Source: Candidatus Berkelbacteria bacterium (lineage in GTDB: Bacteria; Patescibacteriota; UBA1384; XYA2-FULL-43-10; 1-14-0-10-43-13). Taken from it: 58,847 bases of DNA. Below, in pieces: positions 24,157 through 32,313 of this stretch. The stretch lies in NCBI GenBank assembly GCA_026397135.1, contig JAPLVL010000060.1:8458-67304 (forward strand), read 5' to 3'. The position numbers were made by a program, and so were the translations under genes. Numbering within the stretch: the first letter of the stretch is position 1; the number at the start of each line of letters is the position of its first letter. The notes below the pieces were generated by a model. It was not told where the DNA came from. It was given only the letters and a program-made list of their open reading frames with translations, and did no database searches.

Positions 24157-25425
24157 TCACTTTTTACCGAAGAACCGCTGCCCCCACTCGTTGATCTGGC
24201 CGAACCACTTACCAGGACCGGCAGCATCACAAACATCGACCAAATTATCGTACCGTAGATGATTCGCCGAAATCATTGGTTTCAGATACCGCTGCTCGGA
24301 AATTTCATTGCCACGATGATTAATCAGGTGCCAGCCCCCTTCTCCACTAACGAAGAAGATACCATTGCGGAAATTCTTTATCTCACGATAATTCTTGTTA
24401 TCAATTCTATTACCAGATTTGTCTATCAGAAACCATTTATCACCCTGCTTCACACCAGACACGCCATGATCGAAGAACCCAGGGGTATAATCAAACGGTC
24501 CGGCCAGCTCCGCCCCGGTCTTGTCGATCAGGAAATATTTTTCGTCCAGATAAATTCCTTTCTTGACGAAGGCGCGATCTTCGTGAAACTCAAACGGCTC
24601 GACCACATCCCTCTTCTCGAAGAGAACTTCCCCAGCAGCGTCATAGAGCTGCCAGTACTTCCTCTTGCCGTCTCCAACCCAACTCACGCCATCGGAAAAA
24701 GCTTGGCATTCAAGTGAGAAATTCGAGGGAGTAACTATCTCCTCGTTTGATTGGTCAATCAAACGAATCAGATGGGTAGATGCATCTGAAAAATAGACCC
24801 AGGCCCGACCCTCCCGCATCATCGTCAATGGTTCGTATGCAACTCTCCCCAACTTGAAATTAATCCCTCCGGTGTCATCGAGAAAATATTTTCGACTACC
24901 ACTACGAGGCATCTTCTCATTTACAATGATTAAGCCGGTATTTTCGAAATTTTCCTCGTCAACACCGGAGACATATATCATTTTTTCAGTTACACCATTT
25001 TGGTTGATTAGGCGAAGAAGAGTAGAATTGCTATTTCCAATCGGTTCGCGATCTGACTGTTCCCAAATCCAGGCCGTACCCTGATAAAATGGTGTATGAC
25101 GAAATTTGCCCAAATCTTCTGAAAACTTTGTGCCGGTCCGATCGATAATCCAGAGATGAGATCCGTCAGCATCGTTATATCTAGCCCAGCTCAAGTCTCC
25201 ATGAAACGGCTCGACAAACTGAAATCCCTCCCTTTTTGCAATTTCATCGCGAAGATAATTCTCAAAGGGATCATTGATTTTGCTCATTGTCTCAAGCCAG
25301 CTTTCCTGAAATTTTGATTTGTGAACCTTGCAATCAGAAATCTTGACCAAATCAAAATCACGATCAAAATTATCAATCAAATCCCGAAAACTCATTATCT
25401 TGTCGCTGACTTCTCTGCAATTCAT
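24157..25425 (-). CDS. NCH-array paralog, class W (N-terminal Cys-helix module + WG-containing repeats)
   Basis: 422-aa ORF. MNCREVSDKIMSFRDLIDNFDRDFD. Repeats FYQGTAWIW, MREGRAWVY, FSDGVSWVG, FHEDRAFVK, FDHGVSGVK, FRNGIFFVS. Confidence 0.85.
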   Translation of the reverse strand: MNCREVSDKIMSFRDLIDNFDRDFDLVKISDCKVHKSKFQESWLETMSKINDPFENYLRDEIAKREGFQFVEPFHGDLSWARYNDADGSHLWIIDRTGTKFSEDLGKFRHTPFYQGTAWIWEQSDREPIGNSNSTLLRLINQNGVTEKMIYVSGVDEENFENTGLIIVNEKMPRSGSRKYFLDDTGGINFKLGRVAYEPLTMMREGRAWVYFSDASTHLIRLIDQSNEEIVTPSNFSLECQAFSDGVSWVGDGKRKYWQLYDAAGEVLFEKRDVVEPFEFHEDRAFVKKGIYLDEKYFLIDKTGAELAGPFDYTPGFFDHGVSGVKQGDKWFLIDKSGNRIDNKNYREIKNFRNGIFFVSGEGGWHLINHRGNEISEQRYLKPMISANHLRYDNLVDVCDAAGPGKWFGQINEWGQRFFGKK

Positions 25426-25449
25426 ACTGCTTTCTTTTGACTTTATAAC

Positions 25450-25513
25450 TGACTCACTGATTTACTTATTTACTTATTTACTTGCTCACTTACTTACTCA
25501 CTTACTCACCTGC
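25450..25513 (-). repeat. Tandem octamer array (8 units, 3' units degenerate)
   Basis: tgactcac tgatttac ttatttac ttatttac ttgctcac ttacttac tcacttac tcacctgc. Contains the stop of 25502..26689. Confidence 0.85.
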
Positions 25514-26689
25514 TAACTTCCCTTTTCCATTGTTCAGTCTCACATAGCGACCATCGGGTGAAATGAACCAAACCGAGCGGTCAGGCGTCAAGAAAACCTC
25601 TTTTGGGGTAATCCGCAGATTGAGAGGAGTTTTGAAAACAGCTTTACCGTCTTCGACCCGAATTATTCTGAAATTACTGTCATAATCAATGGCAAAGAGA
25701 AATTGACCAGTCGGATCAACGCTGAGTCGATCAGTTTCGAGACCGGAAGCGATCATCACTTTCTCACTACTATCAATATTAAATTCACTAATCCTACCTC
25801 CACGGGCATAGAAAATCAGGTTTGGCTCCGCCTGACTGGTAGCAAAGGCTGTTACATCATTGGCAATAGTTTTCTCGAAACAGCGTCCCTCAATATTCCA
25901 CAAACACAAGCTATGAGTATATGAGGTCGAGACAACATATTTTCCATCTCTCGTAACCTCAAATTGCCTTGTCCCGTCCGGCATCATGTTGAGTTTTTTG
26001 GCCGATACTCCCTTTTCAGAGATTGGCCCACCAGAAAAACTATCAGCGCTTCGGTCCAAACTTTCAAGTAAGTCAGCAACAAGCTCGCGCTCCATGTTCA
26101 GCGCTATAACCAAAGCTTTGTTTCCCGGAATTGGACGAACAGAATGATTCTCCTCAAACGGAAGTCTCGGCGTGCCGAGTATTTCGCCGTCCTTTATCCC
26201 AATGACGGAAATTCTCTTGTCGCTACCATAATCATCGGTTTGAATTATCATCAAGGTCTCATCATCGAGACAAACCATCTCCCTCACCATGTCGTTTTTG
26301 AATGTACGAACCAATTGGTAGGCATTGGTAATTATCGGCGAACTCTGGGGCATGTCAATCAGTCTTGTCTCTGGCTCCCCTCCACCCTCGCCAACAAAGC
26401 GAATGGCTAGTTTTTCCCGATTCAAGGCATAAATCAGAAAATTTCGATCCGGTGTAACGGCATACAGGCTCGGATCATCAGCCTCGGTATCCTGAGGATG
26501 GATCGAACCGGACTCCTGCTCCTTCAATCCAAGCCAGAAAATTTGCCTGTAAATATGCTCAATATTTTCCGTTATTTTGGCTATTTCGTCGAAGCCGTCC
26601 TTGTACTGACCTCCAGAAACAAGCCGATCAAAATCGGATATAGACTTGCACAAATTCTTGATATTTTCTGAAATTTCTCTGCAATTCAT
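25502..26689 (-). CDS. NCH-array paralog, class P (N-terminal Cys-helix module + WD40/PD40-like beta-propeller)
   Basis: 395-aa ORF. MNCREISENIKNLCKSISDFD. Blades VTRDGKYVVSTSYTHSLCLWNI, VDPTGQFLFAIDYDSNFRIIRV, ISPDGRYVRL. Confidence 0.85.
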   Translation of the reverse strand: MNCREISENIKNLCKSISDFDRLVSGGQYKDGFDEIAKITENIEHIYRQIFWLGLKEQESGSIHPQDTEADDPSLYAVTPDRNFLIYALNREKLAIRFVGEGGGEPETRLIDMPQSSPIITNAYQLVRTFKNDMVREMVCLDDETLMIIQTDDYGSDKRISVIGIKDGEILGTPRLPFEENHSVRPIPGNKALVIALNMERELVADLLESLDRSADSFSGGPISEKGVSAKKLNMMPDGTRQFEVTRDGKYVVSTSYTHSLCLWNIEGRCFEKTIANDVTAFATSQAEPNLIFYARGGRISEFNIDSSEKVMIASGLETDRLSVDPTGQFLFAIDYDSNFRIIRVEDGKAVFKTPLNLRITPKEVFLTPDRSVWFISPDGRYVRLNNGKGKLAGE

Positions 26690-26713
26690 ACTGCTTTCTT
26701 TTGACTTTATAAC

Positions 26714-26777
26714 TGACTCACTGATTTACTGATTTACTTATTAACTTATTAACTTGCTCACTTCTTTACCTGCTCAC
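26714..26777 (-). repeat. Tandem octamer array (8 units)
   Basis: tgactcac tgatttac tgatttac ttattaac ttattaac ttgctcac ttctttac ctgctcac. Contains the stop of 26758..28203. Confidence 0.85.
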
Positions 26778-28203
26778 TATTATATTTCACTTCCAAAAGC
26801 TTCGTCTTCTTCGGATTATCAGGGTCACGCTCTCGGATGAAGATTAGACCGCCTTCCCGCTCTGGACAAAGTCTCGCCCGAGCGTCTTCCTGTGTCAGAC
26901 CGGGCACTTCCAAAATCAGAATTCCGCCAGTCATGCCCTCGCCAATCAGAGACTTCGGCATTATTTTGCTAACACGGATACCATGATCCATTTGATATGT
27001 TGGATTGGCCAAGAGCCCATCATTGCTCGCAATCATAACGAGTCTCGGCATTTTCTTCTCCAGATGTTTCCTGAATTCACGCTCCGAAGTGACAAATCTG
27101 GCCTGGCTTGCTCTCGGAGAAGATAATTCGAAATATCTCCCGACACTTTCGTCATAGAAATAAATATTTCGCCACTCACCTCCCATGATTGTGTTTGGAC
27201 CATATTCACCGAGAAGGATCTGAGCCATGGCTCCCGTATCTGTGCGAATATTCGAACTATGAGCAGTCAATAGACTCTCACCGACTTTGTTTAGTCGCAA
27301 ACTCTTGATATAGAGAGTCGGCGTCTTGCCCCTTAGCCCGAGAATTTTGACATTGGCATCAGTATATCGAATATAGAAGGTTGCACCGGAGTCGGAAATT
27401 TCAATGTTACTCCGAGCCGTACCAATTTCAAACACTACCTTGCTCTCGGCCATAGTTCCGATTGCCCGTTCTGATTGATTGTCAGAGAGCAGTTCCAGGT
27501 CATAAATTTTGATTCGGCCTTTGATCGCTGCATATCCGGTATCTGGCCCAGCTCCAATCGCTTCGATGCTACCGCCGTTTAATTTGTAACCAAAAGCGAA
27601 GTCAGACTCATTGAAAATAATGTTTTCCTTGGCATTCAATCCGATCCCGAAATACGCTGGCGCCTTGGTATCAGCGAAAAGCGATTTGCCCTTTTCTATA
27701 TATTTCTCTATGAAGAGTGTGTGAAAAATAGAAATTAGCTTTTCACCCATATCAACAAAAGGAGATTGGCCAAGTAACGATTCCCAAATCAGTCGGGAGA
27801 CTCGGCCACTCTCCAAGCGAGAAGCAAAATCCTTGTAAGCCCTCGTCGTTAATTTGCCGGGGACAAAATCTTTGCCATTTAGAATTTCTCTGATTTTGTC
27901 ACGGTAGAGGAGCTCCACATCGTCACTTGTCATTTTCTTCAGCATCACTGATTCTATTTCATCACAAACCTTCATGATCTCACCCCAGGTCTCGTCGTCC
28001 TCTAGTACCTTGATAAATTGGCGCCCCAAATAGATGAATTCGCCTTCTATTTCGGCAACATCTTGATTTATCTCCGATTTCTTGTCGAAAAGTCTCCTCA
28101 CTTTGTCCGTGCTGTTCACCTCACCAAAAATAGAGTTAAAGAATTTAACCTTTTTCTCTAATCCCTGAATTTTCTGGCTGATTTTTTGGCAATGATCCGG
28201 CAT
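26758..28203 (-). CDS. NCH-array paralog, class G (N-terminal Cys-helix module + GXGXG beta-helix)
   Basis: 481-aa ORF. MPDHCQKISQKIQGLEKKVKFFN. AFGYKLNGGSIEAIGAGPDTGYAAIKGRIKIY, GEGMTGGILILEV, REGGLIFIRE. Confidence 0.85.
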   Translation of the reverse strand: MPDHCQKISQKIQGLEKKVKFFNSIFGEVNSTDKVRRLFDKKSEINQDVAEIEGEFIYLGRQFIKVLEDDETWGEIMKVCDEIESVMLKKMTSDDVELLYRDKIREILNGKDFVPGKLTTRAYKDFASRLESGRVSRLIWESLLGQSPFVDMGEKLISIFHTLFIEKYIEKGKSLFADTKAPAYFGIGLNAKENIIFNESDFAFGYKLNGGSIEAIGAGPDTGYAAIKGRIKIYDLELLSDNQSERAIGTMAESKVVFEIGTARSNIEISDSGATFYIRYTDANVKILGLRGKTPTLYIKSLRLNKVGESLLTAHSSNIRTDTGAMAQILLGEYGPNTIMGGEWRNIYFYDESVGRYFELSSPRASQARFVTSEREFRKHLEKKMPRLVMIASNDGLLANPTYQMDHGIRVSKIMPKSLIGEGMTGGILILEVPGLTQEDARARLCPEREGGLIFIRERDPDNPKKTKLLEVKYNSEQVKK

Positions 28204-28331
28204 AAATCCCTTGATTTGTTAACCTAATATCGAATCGACCGAAACGACCTAATAATGCCTTTGATTCGATTGATGAGGTATCTTAATTCTTAATCCTTAC
28301 TGCTTAATTCTTGATGAACTTTATAACCTGC
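28204..28331 (-). repeat. Conserved intergenic module, copy e
   Basis: Stem-loop arms atcgaatcga 28229-28238 and ttgattcgat 28261-28270 (one mismatch). The 57-nt core is identical to copies a and c. 3 octamer units from 28328. Confidence 0.85.
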
Positions 28332-29552
28332 TTACTTACTCACCTGCACACTATTAATTCTTGCTGACTGTCCGTAAACGATGATTTGGCCATTGGAGAG
28401 TCCCACAATAACTTTGCCATCGATACCAAAACTGAAATGATCTATCTTGATTACATCATTTGCCGAAGTGACATTCGCAACATTCTGATTCAAAAGGTTT
28501 GTGAGATCAGCGATCATATGTCTGGGGGTACCATAGCGTTTGTGCTCAATTATCTCGATTTTGAAATCCGCAGTTATCGCGGCCAGAAGCTCGCCATCCG
28601 GACTAGCCGCCAAGTGTAAATACTGCTCATCTGACTGAACATCTGCGCATTCATAACCACGGCAATAATCTCCATCGCCTCGATCCATTTTGTAAATTTG
28701 GATCCGGCCCAAAAACTCAGTATTTCTGTTGGTGATGAAGACAAATGTATCGTCCTCCGGCAAGAGAGCCCAATCCACCACCTTGCTGCCCGGTTCGGCA
28801 ATCATCTCATGAGTATTGAAGTCAAAGATCAGCAATTTCATATCCAATGTATCAACATATACATATTTGGCTTCTCTAGAGAGTTTGATTTTGTCAAAAC
28901 CAGCATATTGAAGTTGCTCTGGGATATCGAATTCACGCCTGTCCCGCCTACCATAGAGCCAGAGATTCGAAGTCATTTCATTGACCGAGCGGACGCCGAC
29001 AAATTCAGTGTTATAGTCAGAGGCCGCAAATACCCTCGGCACTTCGTCTCCAAATTGATTCAATTTCAAATTATCTCCGCCAACACAGTCCAAGACATAT
29101 TTATTGGGTCCTTTGCCACCTTGGAAAATCTCGGCCACTCGGACGATAGCGCCACCGTCTCGCGGTACCAAGAAGCCGTCAAATAGAAACTTTTCGCCGT
29201 TGCAAACTAGCGGCAGATCAGTAGCTGTACCATCAGACAAATCAATAATTTTGAGCATCGAAGAAGACTCTTCGAAGACGAGCGATTTGCCGTCGTCAGA
29301 GATCTCTATTCTTTTATCCCTCGGATTTGACCAGCGCTCAACCTTGTGTTCGAATTCATAGAGTGGTTTGTAGAGCGCGAAACGCAAAGATTCTCTGAGT
29401 TTCTTTAGGTCTAGATTGATCGCCCCCGAGAAATAGCGGCAGGACTGAACATGGAATTTCTCCGGCTTCATGTAGTCGTCAAAAGAGCGCAGATTCATAC
29501 GAATTCTACGAAGTGTCTTGATCATCTCAGTGCAATTTGGCGCCTCCTCCAA
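28332..29552 (-). CDS. NCH-array paralog, class P (N-terminal Cys-helix module + WD40/PD40-like beta-propeller)
   Basis: 406-aa ORF from TTG 29552 (GGAGGG 3 nt upstream). MEEAPNCTEMIKTLRRIRMNLRSFDD. Blades ASPDGELLAAI, FGIDGKVIVGLSNGQIIVYG. Confidence 0.85.
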   Translation of the reverse strand: MEEAPNCTEMIKTLRRIRMNLRSFDDYMKPEKFHVQSCRYFSGAINLDLKKLRESLRFALYKPLYEFEHKVERWSNPRDKRIEISDDGKSLVFEESSSMLKIIDLSDGTATDLPLVCNGEKFLFDGFLVPRDGGAIVRVAEIFQGGKGPNKYVLDCVGGDNLKLNQFGDEVPRVFAASDYNTEFVGVRSVNEMTSNLWLYGRRDRREFDIPEQLQYAGFDKIKLSREAKYVYVDTLDMKLLIFDFNTHEMIAEPGSKVVDWALLPEDDTFVFITNRNTEFLGRIQIYKMDRGDGDYCRGYECADVQSDEQYLHLAASPDGELLAAITADFKIEIIEHKRYGTPRHMIADLTNLLNQNVANVTSANDVIKIDHFSFGIDGKVIVGLSNGQIIVYGQSARINSVQVSK

Positions 29553-29595
29553 TATCCCTCCTACGATAAAAATAAACGGGCTTTCGTATGTCTAT

Positions 29596-29624
29596 ATTTT
29601 AACAAAAAATTTGTGCGTTGTATA
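29596..29624 (-). promoter_or_regulatory. Candidate extended -10 promoter for 28332..29552
   Basis: Minus strand TATACA (29624-29619), 17 nt spacer, TAAAAT (29601-29596) with TGT immediately upstream (TGTTAAAAT), about 45 nt upstream of TTG 29552. Motif match only. Confidence 0.35.
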
Positions 29625-29736
29625 TTTCCCATAAAAATTCTATTTATTGATTCGCCACCCAAAGCCAAAACGAGCGAGCTGTCTCGCTGATTTACTGACT
29701 CACTTGTTTGCTTCCCCACCATTCCTCCCTACTTCA

Positions 29737-29782
29737 ATCTGTCGTGAAAAATGGGACGATCGTCCCATTTTTCACGACAGAT
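29737..29782. repeat. Perfect 46-bp palindrome centred on CGATCG
   Basis: atctgtcgtgaaaaatgggacga|tcgtcccatttttcacgacagat read directly. Lies in the 411-bp gene-free gap 29553-29963. Confidence 0.9.
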
Positions 29783-29963
29783 ATTAGAAGATATAGACAT
29801 CATATTTGAGCATTGGAAGTACTATTTATTTTCCGCAGCTTTTTGTTCTGGTTTTGTTTGCTAAGTCTCTCGGTGTAAAGATTACCGCAACAGACATCAT
29901 TTCAAATTACTTTCAACTACGAGACCTCATAATTGTTTTACTTGATCCTTAATCCTTAATCCT

Positions 29964-31100
29964 TCATTTTATTTTCCCAAATACCGAATATCCCTGTGCG
30001 CTTCCGGTTACGACGAAACCTGCCTTCGAAATGAGGATCGATTCAGTCACGCCGAAGGCCCCGCCCTTTAGCTCCCCAACCTTCCCGCCTGTCTCAGTAT
30101 CAAGGATTACGGCTCCACCGGTTGAGAGTGAACCGGCCAGCAAAAATTTGCCGCTCGGGTCACAGCGAAGTGCACTCGTCAGAGCAATATCGTCAGAGAG
30201 TCGACGATCTTCTAGGGTTTTAATGTCAAAGACTCGAATGTCTGCGGCCGGACAGTAGAAAATTTCAGCCGGCTTGACAGGATTGACCGCAAATTCCCGA
30301 CTCATTATCGGCAGTCGGCTTACTAGTTTCTTCTGTTCGAAGTCCCAGAGATACATCTTGAAATTTTCATGAAGAGAGACCAAATATCTGCCACCGGGCA
30401 AAAACTCCAGTTTTCGTGTCCCTGACTTGATCTCCTCGCCATCATGGGCAAAGGGATCGATATTGGCCGGATGATTTGAGAAGGTAAACTGACCAACTTC
30501 GCCACTGGTCGAGCCGGCGACCATTAGATCTGCTCTGTCGGGATTGAGCCTGAAGATTTGAAGATCCTGCACAATCTCAATCGAGTAACCACTGCCATAC
30601 TCTTTGCCAAAATTTTGCTGATACAAATGCAGAGAGCGGTAATTGCTCATATTTGTGCCGACGATTGCAACCAGATATCTCTTGCCTGCTTGATCAACGA
30701 AAGGAAGTACTGGCGCCTTTAAAACATTCTGATTGAAATTCGGGCCGGAACCCAAATTGATTTCAGCGGATTCAGATTGAGACTGATTCTTGTCTAGTCC
30801 AATGTTTTCGATAACGATCCTACTACCATAACTGTTGCATCTAATTAATTGTTTCCCATCATCACTTAGGGATATAGCGATTTCATCATTATCGAGCGTC
30901 ATACTCTGTTGCTCTTGATATTTGCACTCAAAATCACGCCAATAGCAAAAAGCAAAGGCAGGTGAAATTTCTTTCAGCATTTTTTTCTGCAAATTGAAGA
31001 GCTCTGTCGCTTTGTTTCTCTCAAGTAATTTATCAAAATCAGCCTTCGTTTCCCTCGAGGATTTGATCAAATCAGTTAATTTTTGGCAATCATATTTCAT
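29964..31100 (-). CDS. NCH-array paralog, class P (N-terminal Cys-helix module + WD40/PD40-like beta-propeller)
   Basis: Start moved to ATG 31100, giving MKYDCQKLTDLIKSSRETKADFD. The first 27 nt are identical to the 5' end of 32300..33379. Blades FLPGGRYLVSLHENFKMYLWD, CDPSGKFLLAGS. Confidence 0.85.
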   Translation of the reverse strand: MKYDCQKLTDLIKSSRETKADFDKLLERNKATELFNLQKKMLKEISPAFAFCYWRDFECKYQEQQSMTLDNDEIAISLSDDGKQLIRCNSYGSRIVIENIGLDKNQSQSESAEINLGSGPNFNQNVLKAPVLPFVDQAGKRYLVAIVGTNMSNYRSLHLYQQNFGKEYGSGYSIEIVQDLQIFRLNPDRADLMVAGSTSGEVGQFTFSNHPANIDPFAHDGEEIKSGTRKLEFLPGGRYLVSLHENFKMYLWDFEQKKLVSRLPIMSREFAVNPVKPAEIFYCPAADIRVFDIKTLEDRRLSDDIALTSALRCDPSGKFLLAGSLSTGGAVILDTETGGKVGELKGGAFGVTESILISKAGFVVTGSAQGYSVFGKIK

Positions 31101-31158
31101 AAATTCTTGATTTGTTAAACTAATATCGAATCGACCGAAATGACCGAATAATGCTTTT
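31101..31158 (-). repeat. Conserved intergenic module, copy f (promoter-distal half missing)
   Basis: aaattcttgatttgttaaactaatatcgaatcgaccgaaatgaccgaataatgc. Only one stem-loop arm remains, and the module abuts the stop of 31159..32313. Confidence 0.7.
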
Positions 31159-32313
31159 TTATTCTTCCGCGCTAAAAACCCTGACTCTGCCATCGGCGCA
31201 GCCGCAAAATATTTTTCCGGCGGCGTATGATATTTTCATAACTTTTGTTTCTGGTGTCCCGTTGTAAAACTTACTCAATCGGCCAGTCACTGCATCAAAG
31301 ACAGCACCATTTCCCAACTCATCTGCCAAATATGCTTTGTCCGTCGCCGGGTCAAAACAGAAATGCGTCGGCAAAAACCCTTCCGGAATTTTCATGACCG
31401 GTCGTACTTCATAGAGTGCATTCAAGCTGCAGATCCAACGCTCTTTTTCATCTCCGGCCAGAATTATGGCACTTTTTTGATCGTTATAAAATTCTATCCC
31501 GTAGAATTGAAAATGTTCGTTTGGATGGTCGCATTGCAAGTCTTCAAGAAAACCGTCTTTTGCTCGATTCCAAATCTTGAGCTGATGATTTGTGTGCAGA
31601 GTGAAGACATAGTCGCGTAGGACCTCAATCTTCAACATTTTGCTGCGAACAAAGCCGAGCCTCCGATTCATCTCAGCCTGACCGGAGACATTATCCCAGA
31701 TAACACTGAGGCCGTTTTTATCCGATTCGAATATAATTGCTTTTTCTTTCGGCAAGAGATTGTAAGCCCCCTTAGCTTTAGCCAGTTTCTTGTGAAAATT
31801 AAAGTTTTCAACAATATGCCCCAAAGTCGCCGTTTCAAATGTAAATATACGAGATAGAAATGTGTCAGAGGAGGTTGCGAAAACCTGCAAGGAGTCACCG
31901 GTCTCATCGAAGCCAAAATCTCCTCGGACTGAATATTCAATCGGGAGAAAAATTTGTGACAATGTGCTCCGATCCGAAACGGACGTAATAGTGATAATGG
32001 AAGAAACATTAGTAATTTGAGACAAGACTGCCAATTTTTCTCCATCTGGCGAGACTGCCATCGGGAAATGATATTGAGCAAATTCCAGTTTCTTCCCACC
32101 TCTATCATAAACTTCAGTATCGGCAATCATAATCTTGTGAAATTTTTCCAGCTCAATGCTCTCAATAATCTTTTCAATTTTTGATTTGGGAATATATGCA
32201 GACTTGGGCTGCTCGACCCGAACCGACTGATCGAAATCCCTCGAAATAGTCAAAATCTCCCCGATTTTCCTGGATATGGAATTACAATTTTCTTTTTGTC
32301 TATTCACTGTCAT
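31159..32313 (-). CDS. NCH-array paralog, class P (N-terminal Cys-helix module + WD40/PD40-like beta-propeller)
   Basis: Start moved to ATG 32313 (MTVNRQKENCNSISRKIGEILTISRDFD), a 14-nt overlap with the upstream gene. Blades VSPDGEKLAVL, GCADGRVRVFS. Confidence 0.8.
   Translation of the reverse strand: MTVNRQKENCNSISRKIGEILTISRDFDQSVRVEQPKSAYIPKSKIEKIIESIELEKFHKIMIADTEVYDRGGKKLEFAQYHFPMAVSPDGEKLAVLSQITNVSSIITITSVSDRSTLSQIFLPIEYSVRGDFGFDETGDSLQVFATSSDTFLSRIFTFETATLGHIVENFNFHKKLAKAKGAYNLLPKEKAIIFESDKNGLSVIWDNVSGQAEMNRRLGFVRSKMLKIEVLRDYVFTLHTNHQLKIWNRAKDGFLEDLQCDHPNEHFQFYGIEFYNDQKSAIILAGDEKERWICSLNALYEVRPVMKIPEGFLPTHFCFDPATDKAYLADELGNGAVFDAVTGRLSKFYNGTPETKVMKISYAAGKIFCGCADGRVRVFSAEE

Noticed and set aside
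31101-31193. ORF-track N-terminal extensions reading through spacers (31193, also 17472, 21052, 32466, 51777, 10003)
   Set aside because: The extensions translate conserved intergenic modules or REP elements. Internal ATGs restore the canonical position of the Cys motif, and most have an SD or match the spacer-ATG geometry of paralogs.
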